A DNA stretch of 64,000 nt, taken from an uncultured Eggerthellaceae bacterium (GTDB lineage: Bacteria > Actinomycetota > Coriobacteriia > Coriobacteriales > Eggerthellaceae). Of this stretch, positions 31,427 through 40,867 are shown piece after piece. Location of the stretch: contig CANODU010000002.1 in assembly GCA_947565185.1 (NCBI GenBank), positions 27,357 to 91,356 of the forward strand. Reading direction: 5' to 3'. How positions within the stretch are numbered: position 1 is the first letter of the stretch; every line of letters begins with the position of its first letter. A program made the position numbers and the translations under genes. The notes under the pieces are model-generated. The model made no database searches, was not told the origin of the DNA, and worked only from the letters and a program-made list of their open reading frames with translations.

Positions 31427-32311
31427 TCAATCTTTCGTTTCGAACGCTTGAGCGCCAGTCCTGCCGCTGCCCTCTTGGGGCACGTGCTTCATCTTCGCAT
31501 AGATGAGCGCTGCCGCGCCCGCGACGATGAGCGGCACTGACAGCACGATGCCCATGGTAAGCCATCCTCCGAAGAGGTATCCCAGCTGGGCATCAGGCTG
31601 ACGGACGAATTCGATCAGGATGCGGAAGATGCCATAGAGGATGAGGAAGACGCCGATGAACGTGCCCCGTGGACGCGGGGGCACCTTGCGTGCCAAGAGG
31701 ATGAGCACGCAGAAGATGACGATCCCTTCCAAGAGGGCCTCATAGAGCTGCGTGGGATGACGCGCTATATCCCCTGCCGCACCGCCGAAGGCAACACCCC
31801 AAGGAAGGTCTGTGGGCGAGCCCCAAAGCTCGCCGTTGATGAAGTTCGCGCAACGCCCGAAGAAGAGCCCCAAAGGAGCGGCGATAGCACCCAGATCCGC
31901 CAGCGTCAGATAGGGTATGTGCGTGAGGCGAGCCGCCACGATGCCAGAGACGAGCGCGCCGACCAGTCCACCATGGAAGCTCATGCCACCCTCATTGAAG
32001 GCGAAGATCTTCAATGGGTTCGCAAGATAGTATCCGTCCCCATAGAAGAGACAATAGCCCACACGCGCTCCCACCAGGATGCCGACGATCACGCATACCA
32101 TGATGGTGAGCACGGCATCATCGTCCATCTTGAGCTTCCAATGCTTCGCTACCTTGGCCACAATGAGCGCAGCCAGGCAGAAGCCCACCAGGTAGGCTAT
32201 GCCATACCAGCGTACCGTGAGAGGGCCTACGGTGAAGGCCACTGGATCTATGGAGTGGTAGAGCGTATCGAGCATATCCTCAGCGTGAAAGATCCCGTCC
32301 CATGCCAGCAT
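31427..32311 (-). CDS. lgt: prolipoprotein diacylglyceryl transferase
   Basis: 294 aa Lgt family (VRWYGIAYLVGF..., HGGLVGAL, HPTQLYEALLEG). An alternative start MLDTLY at 32275 would remove the 32-nt overlap with the upstream small gene. Confidence 0.9.
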   Translation of the reverse strand: MLAWDGIFHAEDMLDTLYHSIDPVAFTVGPLTVRWYGIAYLVGFCLAALIVAKVAKHWKLKMDDDAVLTIMVCVIVGILVGARVGYCLFYGDGYYLANPLKIFAFNEGGMSFHGGLVGALVSGIVAARLTHIPYLTLADLGAIAAPLGLFFGRCANFINGELWGSPTDLPWGVAFGGAAGDIARHPTQLYEALLEGIVIFCVLILLARKVPPRPRGTFIGVFLILYGIFRILIEFVRQPDAQLGYLFGGWLTMGIVLSVPLIVAGAAALIYAKMKHVPQEGSGRTGAQAFETKD

Positions 32312-32516
32312 CGAGCATCTGTGCTGCCTGGTCTATGGTGCCATCGAGCTCTTGCGGGATGGCCTGGATGGAGGTCACCTTCGCCTGGCAGCTGGGACAT
32401 TGTATCGTGAAGAGCCCCACGTGGGGCTTCAAGACCAAAAGGGATGCATAGTCCAAGAGGTTCAGGTCGCGTGCGCCGCATGAAGGGCAGATCAATATCT
32501 GGTCGTACTTCGCCAC
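32280..32516 (-). CDS. small zinc-ribbon protein (two CPSC motifs), unknown function
   Basis: 78 aa. CPSCGA...(34 aa)...CPSCQA. GTG start with a strong SD (GGGGAGG, 5-nt spacer). I recognise no family. Confidence 0.6.
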   Translation of the reverse strand: MAKYDQILICPSCGARDLNLLDYASLLVLKPHVGLFTIQCPSCQAKVTSIQAIPQELDGTIDQAAQMLDAGMGRDLSR

Positions 32517-32537
32517 CTGCGCCTCCCCTCGATGGAT

Positions 32538-32558
32538 GGATCCTCTAAGAGGATTCTA
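32538..32558 (-). promoter_or_regulatory. candidate -10 (TAGAAT) overlapped by an 8-bp-arm inverted repeat upstream of the zinc-ribbon gene
   Basis: Minus strand reads TAGAATCCTC-TTA-GAGGATCC, about 25 nt upstream of the GTG start. It could be an operator or a 5' stem-loop. Confidence 0.3.
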
Positions 32559-32631
32559 ACCCACCCGTTATCTCTTTCGAGCACCACTGATGCGGGCGTT
32601 GTCGTCGCGTCAAAAACGAAGAAGCCATCTC

Positions 32632-32922
32632 CTAGAGAAGGAAGCGATTGGGATTTCCCTGACGCTTGAAATCAGCGGGCCTATCCTTGATGTCAGGGCC
32701 ATTGAGCAAGAAGAATTCGCAGAAGCGGCAGATCTCGCGCACGGCCATGTCGTAGTCGCGATCCGGGTTCAAAAGGATGGCGAAGTCCTCGCACACCTTA
32801 TGGGTTGTGCGCAAGCAAGCTGCATAATGGCAATCAGCCGGGCAGGGCTCCCCTGGGATGTTATGCGGACAACGCTCGCGCATCTCCTCATCGCAACCGC
32901 GCATCTCCCAACAAGCGCTCAT
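32632..32922 (-). CDS. cysteine-rich small protein (9 Cys), unknown function
   Basis: 96 aa, MSACWEMRGCDEEMRERCPHNIPGEPCPADCHYAACLRTTHKVCEDF...CRFCEFF. Strong SD (GGGGGAG) 4 nt before the ATG. Confidence 0.6.
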   Translation of the reverse strand: MSACWEMRGCDEEMRERCPHNIPGEPCPADCHYAACLRTTHKVCEDFAILLNPDRDYDMAVREICRFCEFFLLNGPDIKDRPADFKRQGNPNRFLL

Positions 32923-32941
32923 GCTTCTCCCCCTTCATGCA

Positions 32942-32969
32942 CCAAGGCGCCTGACATCAGGCGCCTTGG
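32942..32969 (-). terminator. perfect 13-bp palindromic stem-loop after the NifU-like gene
   Basis: ccaaggcgcctga-ca-tcaggcgccttgg lies 28 nt downstream of the stop. There is no U-tract. Confidence 0.45.
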
Positions 32970-32996
32970 CACGACCTTCTTCAACGATGCGCTGGA

Positions 32997-33245
32997 TCAG
33001 AATGCGGCCATCGGGTCATCGGCAGGGCGAACGCCCACCACACCCTCGACGCGCTCCTTCAAGATGCGCTCGATGCCGTTCGCAAGCGTCATCTGCGACA
33101 TGGGGCATCCCTTGCATGCCCCTTGCAATTCAACGGTCACGATGCCGTCATCGCTGACGTCGATGAGCTCCACATCCCCGCCATCCGCCTGCAGCGACGG
33201 GCGCACAGCGTTCAGAACCTCTTTGACCTTTTCCTTATCTACCAT
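32997..33245 (-). CDS. NifU C-terminal-domain (Nfu-type) Fe-S cluster scaffold/carrier protein
   Basis: 82 aa. [37 protein letters not shown] matches the Nfu CxxC domain. Confidence 0.85.
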   Translation of the reverse strand: MVDKEKVKEVLNAVRPSLQADGGDVELIDVSDDGIVTVELQGACKGCPMSQMTLANGIERILKERVEGVVGVRPADDPMAAF

Positions 33246-33339
33246 GACATCTCCTTGTTCGTTCGAATTTCCGACGCATCATAGCACAGACGAGAAGCCT
33301 CTCGTAACGAAGCCGCGCCCTCCTCACCAAGGCGTCACA

Positions 33340-34770
33340 TCATTGCACGGGCATCCAGTCTTGGCCGATGATGGCGATGATGTCTGCCTCAGACGAATAG
33401 AAGTCACCGCCATTGACCACCCTGCCCGAGCCCATGTCCGAAACGACCGCCTTGGCAGCCCCTTCAGCTTCGCTGTTCGTATACACCACGAGCGTTTCCG
33501 GATAGATGGTGGCATCATCGGTATTGCCGACGCCGATGACCTCGTATCCTTTGGCGCTGAGCATCTCGCCCAGCTTCGCCGCAGCTCCAGCGGTATTCGT
33601 CCCGTTCCTGACCTCGACGGTGACCTGTCCCTCATCCACGCCTTCGGCAACGCTGTCGATCATATTCGGGTCTTGGCCGTCCTTGATGAGCGACAACATT
33701 GCCTCCCAGCTCTTGGTCCTGCGCTCATAGAGGACGGTACCCACCCCCGCCGCATTGGATTCCACATACGGCACGACGCATTGATAGATGATCAGCTGAT
33801 CGAACGGCTTGAGCGCGCTGCCCAAGGCCAGAAGGTCGCTGGCTGTCCAATCCGTATAGATGTAGCGGCTGGCGTCACCCACGGCATTCGCAAAATCCAA
33901 TCCCTCTGAGCTGGCTGCATCCTCAGCCAGATCCAACGTGAACTGCATCCTGTCCTTGAAGGTGGCCTCCAAGCCACCGGCAACGTTCGTCGCACGCAGC
34001 AAGACGAGCGCTTGATCTCCGGTGAGCTTCTCTGTTGCCGCAGGTACCACGATCGAACCTGCACGCGGATCATCGATGTCTGCAGGGATGTCCACCGCAA
34101 CGCCGCCCATGGCATCCACGATCCCCTTGATGCCAGGGGCATCCGTAGTGACGAAATGAGAGATATCCACCGAGGCCAGGTCAGCCACTGCACGGATGAG
34201 CTCCGCATCGCCATTCACGGTCGTGACCTCATCGAGGGGCTGGGTGCTTCCATCCGATGCGCGCACGTTCAATCGCGACGGGATGGTGACCATCGTGATG
34301 ATCTTGTTCGCCTCGTCGATGCGCAGAAGCTGATATCCGAAGGCATCGGGGAGCTGTTGAGCTCGGTCTGGTTGCGTGAGATCAGCCTCCATGAGCACGT
34401 AATAGGGCTCTCCGTCCTTCTGGGCCACGAGCGCATCTTGAGCATTGGACGGATCCAGCGAGAGATTGGAATCCGTTGACCGGAAGAAGGTGAAGGCTCC
34501 CACCGCGCACGCCGCCACCAGAGCTACCACCACTATGATGACGACCACGAAGAACCGCTTCCGGCGCGAACGCTTGCGCTTCGCCTCCACCAAAGCGGAT
34601 TGCGATGCGCTCCGTATGGCATGCCTACCCGCGCTCCGAGGTGGGGGCGCTTCTACGTTCGTGACCGTGAGCGGACGACGCGCAACGGAGCGCTTGCGGG
34701 ATGCGCCCTGAACCTCAGGGCTCAGACGGCGCGTCTGGGAATGCCGAGGATTGTTCCGCTTGGTAGGCAC
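33340..34770 (-). CDS. LytR-CpsA-Psr (LCP) family cell-envelope phosphotransferase with a C-terminal LytR_C-like domain
   Basis: 476 aa. Basic cytoplasmic tail, one TM helix, an LCP core and a C-terminal repeat domain (VEVRNGTNTAGAAAKLGEMLSAKGYEV). Confidence 0.8.
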   Translation of the reverse strand: MPTKRNNPRHSQTRRLSPEVQGASRKRSVARRPLTVTNVEAPPPRSAGRHAIRSASQSALVEAKRKRSRRKRFFVVVIIVVVALVAACAVGAFTFFRSTDSNLSLDPSNAQDALVAQKDGEPYYVLMEADLTQPDRAQQLPDAFGYQLLRIDEANKIITMVTIPSRLNVRASDGSTQPLDEVTTVNGDAELIRAVADLASVDISHFVTTDAPGIKGIVDAMGGVAVDIPADIDDPRAGSIVVPAATEKLTGDQALVLLRATNVAGGLEATFKDRMQFTLDLAEDAASSEGLDFANAVGDASRYIYTDWTASDLLALGSALKPFDQLIIYQCVVPYVESNAAGVGTVLYERRTKSWEAMLSLIKDGQDPNMIDSVAEGVDEGQVTVEVRNGTNTAGAAAKLGEMLSAKGYEVIGVGNTDDATIYPETLVVYTNSEAEGAAKAVVSDMGSGRVVNGGDFYSSEADIIAIIGQDWMPVQ

Positions 34771-34780
34771 GAGCGAAGCC

Positions 34781-36061
34781 TTACGCTCTCACATTCGATT
34801 CCGCACGAGAGACATCAGCACCCAAGGATCGGAGCTTGCCGACGTAATCCTCATAGCCACGGTCGATATGCTCGACATCGTAGATGGTGGTGTATCCTTC
34901 AGCGACGATGCCGGCCAGCACGAGCGCCGCACCTGCGCGCAGATCAGTGGATGAGACCGGTGCGCCTTGCAGGGTCTGGCCGCCGTGAACGATGGCGTGA
35001 TGGTCCTCGATGGCGATATCCGCCCCCATCCTCATGAGCTCAGAGGCGAACATGAAGCGATTCTCGAAGACGTTCTCGGTGATGACCGACGTACCCTCTG
35101 CCAGCGTTGCAAGCAACATGAACTGGGCTTGCAGATCCGTGGGAAAGCCTGGATGAGGCAGCGTCTGGATATCCGCTGGCATGAGCGGACGCGAACGCGT
35201 GACCGTCACGTAATCATCGCCGCATGCGATGTCGCAGCCCATGGCCTTGAGCTTCATGATAGCCATGCGCAGATAATCCGGATCGATGCCCTGAACGGTG
35301 ACGGGACCGCCCGTGAGCGCCCCTCCCGCCAAGAAGGTGCCCGCCTCTATCCTGTCTCCGATGGTGGTGTGCGTGCAGGGATGCAGATCCTCAAGCGGCA
35401 CGCCCTCGATCTCTATGCTGACGCTGCCGCCTCCGTCGATCTTGGCTCCCATCTCGCAGAGCATGTTGCACAGATCCACGATCTCTGGTTCGCGAGCCGC
35501 GTTGTCGATGACCGTCGTTCCCTCTGCCACGACCGCCGCCATCAGCATGTTCTCCGTTGCGCCAACGCTGGGGAACTCCAGCATCACCTGTGAGCCCTTG
35601 AGCCCCTCAGGCGTGGTGGCGATGAGCGTGCCATGATCCACATCGAAGGAGACGCCTAAGGCCTCAAGGCCCACCAGATGCATGTCGATCTTGCGTGCGC
35701 CGATCTGACATCCACCAGGCATGGCCACCTTCGCCTGCCCGAAGCGCCCGATCAAGGGACCCAGCACGGAGATGCTCGCACGCATGCGACTGACCAGCTC
35801 GTATGGGGTGCTATAAGAATCGAGCTCTTGGGTGTCTATGGTCAAGCTGTGATCGGTCCGCGTGACCGTGGCGCCCAAGCGCCTGAGCACGTCAGACATG
35901 ATGGCTATATCAGAGATGTCCGGGACGTTCTGGATGATGCTCTCCCCTTGCCCCAGGATGGAAGCAGCCATCAGCTTCAGTGCGGAATTCTTGGCACCAG
36001 ATATCTTGACCTCTCCGGAGAGCGTTCTGTTGCCGCGAACCAGGATGGACTCTTTGCCCAT
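34781..36061 (-). CDS. murA: UDP-N-acetylglucosamine 1-carboxyvinyltransferase
   Basis: MurA family (ISGAKNSALKLMAAS, active-site region MPGGCQIGARKID). Start set at MGKESILVRG with SD GAGGGAG. Confidence 0.93.
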   Translation of the reverse strand: MGKESILVRGNRTLSGEVKISGAKNSALKLMAASILGQGESIIQNVPDISDIAIMSDVLRRLGATVTRTDHSLTIDTQELDSYSTPYELVSRMRASISVLGPLIGRFGQAKVAMPGGCQIGARKIDMHLVGLEALGVSFDVDHGTLIATTPEGLKGSQVMLEFPSVGATENMLMAAVVAEGTTVIDNAAREPEIVDLCNMLCEMGAKIDGGGSVSIEIEGVPLEDLHPCTHTTIGDRIEAGTFLAGGALTGGPVTVQGIDPDYLRMAIMKLKAMGCDIACGDDYVTVTRSRPLMPADIQTLPHPGFPTDLQAQFMLLATLAEGTSVITENVFENRFMFASELMRMGADIAIEDHHAIVHGGQTLQGAPVSSTDLRAGAALVLAGIVAEGYTTIYDVEHIDRGYEDYVGKLRSLGADVSRAESNVRA

Positions 36062-36102
36062 GTGAAGCTCCCTCAAATCCTCGTCCGTGAATGGTGCGGA
36101 TA

Positions 36103-36136
36103 CCGAACGAGGCCACGCACGTATGCATGGCCTCGT
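36103..36136 (-). terminator. 11-bp stem-loop after tsf
   Basis: gaacgaggcca, a 12-nt loop, then tggcctcgttc, 22 nt downstream of the tsf stop. There is no clear U-tract. Confidence 0.45.
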
Positions 36137-36157
36137 TCATTCAAGATCATGATGATG

Positions 36158-37018
36158 CTATTCGCCGAGAGCGAAGCGGATGAATCCTTGGATCTCGATC
36201 TTGCCGCCCATCTCCTTGGCGCAGCCGTCCACATACTGGCGAACGGTCATGTCGGAGTCCTTCACGAACTCCTGCTCGGACAGGCAGCTCTCCTTGTAGA
36301 ACTTCTCCATGCGGCCCTGAGCGATCTTCTCTTGGATGTTCTCCGGCTTGCCGGATTCTGCCGCCTGCGCCTTGTAGATCTCAAGCTCATGGGCAGCCAC
36401 ATCCGCAGGGACCGATTCGCGCGTAGCAGACACCGGATTGACAGCGGCCACCTGCATGGCAACGTCGCGCGCACAGGTCTGGAATGCAGCACAAGCTGGA
36501 TCGATGCCCTCCACAGCGAAGTTCACGAGGACGCCGATCTTGCCACCACCGTGGATGTAGCTGGCAACGGCGGGTGCCTCCACCTCAGCAACGCGCGCGA
36601 TCTGGCAGTTCTCGCCCATCACATGGATGCAGTCCGTGAGGATGTCCTCAACGGTCTCCCCATCCTGGGTGCAGCCCTTGAGCTGCTCTGCGTCCACAGG
36701 CGCATTGTCCATGGCGGCCGTGGCGATGCGCGTGGCGTAGGCCTTGAACTTCTCGTTCATGCCCACGAAGTCGGTCTCGCAGTTGAGCTCCAGCACAGCA
36801 CCCTTGGTGCATGCATCGTTCACGACAGCCATGACCGTGCCCTCATTCGTAGCACGGCCCGCCTTCTTCGCGACAGCGGCAAGGCCGCGCGTGCGCAGCA
36901 CATCGACAGCGGCATCCATGTTGCCCTCTGCCTCGGCGAGCGCCTTCTTGCACTCCATCATGCCTGCACCGGTCATCTCGCGCAGCTCTTTCACCATGGA
37001 AGCGGTGATCTCAGCCAT
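36158..37018 (-). CDS. tsf: elongation factor Ts
   Basis: 286 aa, MAEITASMVKELREMTGAGMMECKKAL... Confidence 0.95.
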   Translation of the reverse strand: MAEITASMVKELREMTGAGMMECKKALAEAEGNMDAAVDVLRTRGLAAVAKKAGRATNEGTVMAVVNDACTKGAVLELNCETDFVGMNEKFKAYATRIATAAMDNAPVDAEQLKGCTQDGETVEDILTDCIHVMGENCQIARVAEVEAPAVASYIHGGGKIGVLVNFAVEGIDPACAAFQTCARDVAMQVAAVNPVSATRESVPADVAAHELEIYKAQAAESGKPENIQEKIAQGRMEKFYKESCLSEQEFVKDSDMTVRQYVDGCAKEMGGKIEIQGFIRFALGE

Positions 37019-37089
37019 GTCATTCCTCCTTTGAGGTTCGAATATCCTATAGGGTGAGGACGGCTCCGTCCCCAGAAGAGGTGCTCTTG

Positions 37090-37950
37090 CTACAGAGCAG
37101 CCTCAGCGTCGCTGATCTCTGCCTTCTGCTCTGCAGCCACCTCAGCAGCAGCTTCGGGCGTGATCACATCAGATGCCTGCACCTCAGCTTCAGCTGCAGC
37201 CTCGGTGATGGCATCAGGGTTGCCCGTAGCATCAGCGGACATCTCGGCAACGGAGACCGCCGTGCCCGTGCCTGCGATGACGGCATCGGCGATGAAGTCG
37301 CACAGCAGGCGAACGCTGCGGATGGCATCGTCGTTGGCAGGGATGCCGTAATCCACATCATCAGGGTCGCAGTTGGTATCAAGGGTGCCGACGATGGGCA
37401 CGTTCAGCCGGCGCGCCTCATGGACGGCTATCTCCTCGCGGCATGTGTCGATGATGAAGACTGCATCCGGCACCTTGCGCATGTTGCGGATGCCATTGAG
37501 GTTGGCCTGGAGCTTCGCCAGCTCCTTGCGCTTCAGGATCTGCTCCTTCTTGGGGAGCATGGCCATGCGACCATCAGCCTCTTGAGCCTCCAGGTCTTCC
37601 ATATAGACGACGCGCTGGCGGATGGTGACGAAGTTCGTGAGCATGCCACCCAGCCAACGGTTGTTGACATAGGGCATGCCGCAACGGTTCGCTGCGTCAG
37701 CCACAGCCTCTTGAGCCTGTTTCTTGGTGCCGACGAACAGCACCGTGCCGCCCTTGCTTGCCAGATTGGACACGAAGCTGTACGCCTTGTCCATGTCAAC
37801 GAGCGTCTGCTTGAGGTCCAAGATGTAGATGTCCCCGCGGCTGCCGAAGATATACGGCTTCATCTTCGGGTTCCAACGGCGCGTCTGATGCCCGAAATGA
37901 GCACCGGCCTCAAGAAGCGAATTGATGCTCACCTTTACTGGTTCTGCCAT
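37090..37950 (-). CDS. rpsB: 30S ribosomal protein S2
   Basis: 286 aa. [19 protein letters not shown], plus an acidic Ala/Glu-rich C-terminal tail. Confidence 0.95.
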   Translation of the reverse strand: MAEPVKVSINSLLEAGAHFGHQTRRWNPKMKPYIFGSRGDIYILDLKQTLVDMDKAYSFVSNLASKGGTVLFVGTKKQAQEAVADAANRCGMPYVNNRWLGGMLTNFVTIRQRVVYMEDLEAQEADGRMAMLPKKEQILKRKELAKLQANLNGIRNMRKVPDAVFIIDTCREEIAVHEARRLNVPIVGTLDTNCDPDDVDYGIPANDDAIRSVRLLCDFIADAVIAGTGTAVSVAEMSADATGNPDAITEAAAEAEVQASDVITPEAAAEVAAEQKAEISDAEAAL

Positions 37951-38162
37951 TTCCTACCACTCCATTCGTTGGTCCTCTGCCCAAGGTCATCCCTCTGGCC
38001 GCAACCCACACGGGCCACTCGCGGACATCGGTCGCTTGAGCATGCGTATTGAAAGAAACTTTGAAAGGATACCATCACCCGTTGCCGATTACAACTCGAA
38101 ATACCTTATATATGAGTTATCTTGTCATCATAAGTTCAATCAGCTTGAGGACGGGGCAGCTC

Positions 38163-38786
38163 ATGTGCGGACGATTCATCTCCCTTTCCTATGATGAGGT
38201 GGCAGGGATGCTCTCTGCCCTTATCGGCAACGCGCCTTACCTGGCGCAACCGGACTGGCTGACGCGGCGCGAGGTCTTCCCCGGCACCCGGGTGCCGCTG
38301 ATCGCGCGCCACGGCGATGCCGTCATCGTGGAAGAATGCACATGGGGATTCCCCGTACCCTGGATGAAGCCCCTTCTCCATAATGCACGCTTGGATAAGG
38401 CCTGCCAAAGCGACAGCATATGGGCCTCCCCCATGGAGAACGGGCGCGCCGTCGTACCTGTGGCTGGCTTCTATGAGCCCCACAAAGACGAGACATACTC
38501 CCGGTCGAAGTCTGGGCGCATGCTGCGCCGCCAATATCTGTTCACCGAACCCTCAGCAGATATCCTGCTCTTGGGCGCGCTCGTCGAGAACGGTCGCTTC
38601 TCCATCGTGACCACCGAACCCAACGAATCGGTGGCTCATATCCATCACCGCATGCCACTCGTGCTCTCTTTCGACGAAGCGCGCCGCTGGCTTGCGGGTG
38701 AGGCGGATTTCGCGGATCGCTCCGCCATAGAGCTCAACGCATCCAGCAACGATCCCGTCGCTGCGAACCAGCTCTCCATATTCTGA
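38163..38786 (+). CDS. SOS-response-associated peptidase (SRAP/YedK family, abasic-site DNA-protein crosslinking)
   Basis: Start set at MCGRF, where the catalytic Cys2 is invariant in SRAP proteins. The 38 upstream codons in the ORF track were rejected. Confidence 0.8.
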   Translation: MCGRFISLSYDEVAGMLSALIGNAPYLAQPDWLTRREVFPGTRVPLIARHGDAVIVEECTWGFPVPWMKPLLHNARLDKACQSDSIWASPMENGRAVVPVAGFYEPHKDETYSRSKSGRMLRRQYLFTEPSADILLLGALVENGRFSIVTTEPNESVAHIHHRMPLVLSFDEARRWLAGEADFADRSAIELNASSNDPVAANQLSIF

Positions 38787-38808
38787 AGAGCTTCCCTTAA
38801 GCCGTTCT

Positions 38809-40848
38809 TTAGAACTGGCTTTCGTGCTTGCGGAAGAAATCGAAGCGCGGGGGCAGTTCGCAGACCTTATGGCTTCCCTCATCCAGCTCAACAGCATGGC
38901 ACAGCTCGCCCATGCCATTGAAATCGTAGTTCCAGCTGAAGAAGTCACGGGCGTCGAAATCCATGTAGTCGCAGATGATCTCGCATCCTGCTGGGACGAC
39001 CGGATGCATCATGAGCGTGCAGATGCGCAAGAGATAGAACGAATCCAAGAGCACTTGCCGACGCAATGCGCTCGCATCATCCCTGCCTGCCTCTTCGGCT
39101 TCCGCTGCCTCCTTTATGCCATCGGCCCAGTGCTTGTTCGAGAACCGTATGAACTCATCGGCCAACTGCATGACCGCATGCAATTCGAAGGCATGCATCG
39201 AGCGCTCATAGCGCGCGAGCGCATCCTTGGCACGCGTGACGACCTCAGGCGTCGGGTCGCCCAAGGGCATCGTGCAATCGAAGCGCTTCGCCGCTTCGTA
39301 GAAGCAGCTGCGGGCCAAGCGATTGAACACATTGGTGATGAGCGTGCCCTCCTTGAGGACCGGATCCGCCACGCGCTTGTCAGCGCGTTGCTCATCGGAC
39401 AGCGAAGGATCGAAGGGTTTGGGCTTGAACCCCACAGAGCGCTGGCCCAATCCAAGAGCCAAGAAATGCGCACGCAGCTGATCTGCGGTGTAGTGCTCTA
39501 GCAGCTCTTCTCCCGTTGGTGGCTTCACGGTTCCCGAAGAGGACGCCTTCGTCTTCCCGAACAGCAGATGATGATTCGCAACGAGCGTTGTCTGGCGCAG
39601 GGGCTTGGCATCTGGGCCACCGAACACGCCGCGCTTGCCGAGCGCCTCCCAGATGGCTGGCTGCGCCACGCCGTAGAAATAGATGTTGTCCTGCCCGATG
39701 AACTGATAGACCTGCGCATCATCGGCACACCAGAAATCTCGCCATGTGTTGCGCGGCAACGCCAGCTCATCATTCAAGGCGATGGTGAAGGAGATGGGAG
39801 CCCAGAGCGACTCGGGCCAGCACCAGACCGTGAGCCCTTCCACGCCGTCCAATACGGGCGCACGCACGCCCCATTGGATGGATCCGGTGATCCGGAAGGG
39901 CACGAGCGTCTTCGATGTGCGAAAGCGGATGCCCTCTTCAGCCAGCATCGCCTTCGCCGCGTCCCTGTCTTCGATGGAGTCGAACTGTATCTCGAAGCTC
40001 TGCTTGCCCGCGTCCGCTGCACGATAGGTGTGCGCAGGTAGCTGGCTTGCCAAGGCGAGATAGGCATCGTAGCATTCCACCTTGATGAAGATCACGGGTG
40101 GCGCCAAGAACTCCTCTACCGTCTGAGCGAGCACCGGACGCGCCTCCGCATCCATCTCATAGCCCTTGACCTGCTCGCGCAGAAAATCCGCGAAAGCCGG
40201 CAGATCGAAGTACCAGTTCTTCACAGGGCGCATCTCGGGCACTGTCTGCGTGATGGAGGAGATGGGATTGATGAGGTCAGCCGGATCGTATTGATGCCCC
40301 ATGTCGCACTCGTCCGCATAGGCATGCTCTGACTTGCAGCCTTGCACCGGGCAGCGACCCATGACCTGACGCCCATTCAGGAAGGTGTTCGCCTTCGCAT
40401 CGAAGAACTGCAGGGTCTCCTCAAGATGGAGGTATCCCTGCTCATAGAGACCCTCGATCAGCTTCTCGGAGAGCGCTTGGTGCACCTCCTTGCATCGCCC
40501 GATCCCGCTCCCTTCGAAGATATCCAAGCTCACGTCGAAGGCGTCGAGCGTCTCCTTCTGACGGATGTGATTGCCCAAGACGTATTCGTCGATGGAGCCA
40601 GTGAAGGTGCCCGCCTCCACCGCTTTGCGATATCCCTCGTCTATGGGAGAGCCGAAGCAATCGGTTCCGCTGACGAAGCGGACGTTCTCTGCCCCGATGC
40701 GGTCGCGCAGAAAGCGCGCGAATGCATCCGCGGGGATGAATACGCCACCGATATGCCCGAAATGCAAGGGCTTGTTCCCGTAAGGCATGCCCGCCGTGAC
40801 CACGGCGCGTACGGGCCATACGACATCTACATCGATCGATGAGCTCAT
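38809..40848 (-). CDS. metG: class I aminoacyl-tRNA ligase, methionyl-tRNA-synthetase-like
   Basis: 679 aa. HIGH-type motif (PLHFGHIGG), a Zn-knuckle-like CPVQGCKSEHAYADECDMGH, GQDNIYFYGVAQPAIW (compare GKDIxxFHxxxWPAxL) and a KMSKS-position variant FGKTKASSSG. Confidence 0.65.
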   Translation of the reverse strand: MSSSIDVDVVWPVRAVVTAGMPYGNKPLHFGHIGGVFIPADAFARFLRDRIGAENVRFVSGTDCFGSPIDEGYRKAVEAGTFTGSIDEYVLGNHIRQKETLDAFDVSLDIFEGSGIGRCKEVHQALSEKLIEGLYEQGYLHLEETLQFFDAKANTFLNGRQVMGRCPVQGCKSEHAYADECDMGHQYDPADLINPISSITQTVPEMRPVKNWYFDLPAFADFLREQVKGYEMDAEARPVLAQTVEEFLAPPVIFIKVECYDAYLALASQLPAHTYRAADAGKQSFEIQFDSIEDRDAAKAMLAEEGIRFRTSKTLVPFRITGSIQWGVRAPVLDGVEGLTVWCWPESLWAPISFTIALNDELALPRNTWRDFWCADDAQVYQFIGQDNIYFYGVAQPAIWEALGKRGVFGGPDAKPLRQTTLVANHHLLFGKTKASSSGTVKPPTGEELLEHYTADQLRAHFLALGLGQRSVGFKPKPFDPSLSDEQRADKRVADPVLKEGTLITNVFNRLARSCFYEAAKRFDCTMPLGDPTPEVVTRAKDALARYERSMHAFELHAVMQLADEFIRFSNKHWADGIKEAAEAEEAGRDDASALRRQVLLDSFYLLRICTLMMHPVVPAGCEIICDYMDFDARDFFSWNYDFNGMGELCHAVELDEGSHKVCELPPRFDFFRKHESQF

Positions 40849-40867
40849 CCGGTGACCCTCCTCGCTG

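Noticed and set aside
37030-37050. A tRNA-like T-arm sequence, GGTTCGAATATCC, in the tsf-rpsB spacer.
   Set aside because: The spacer is only about 70 nt. No acceptor, D or anticodon stems can be drawn, and the T-loop match is imperfect.
35678-37057. 459-aa plus-strand ORF spanning the murA 5' end and tsf.
   Set aside because: It is antisense to two well-supported genes and crosses their intergenic terminator. It has no family resemblance.
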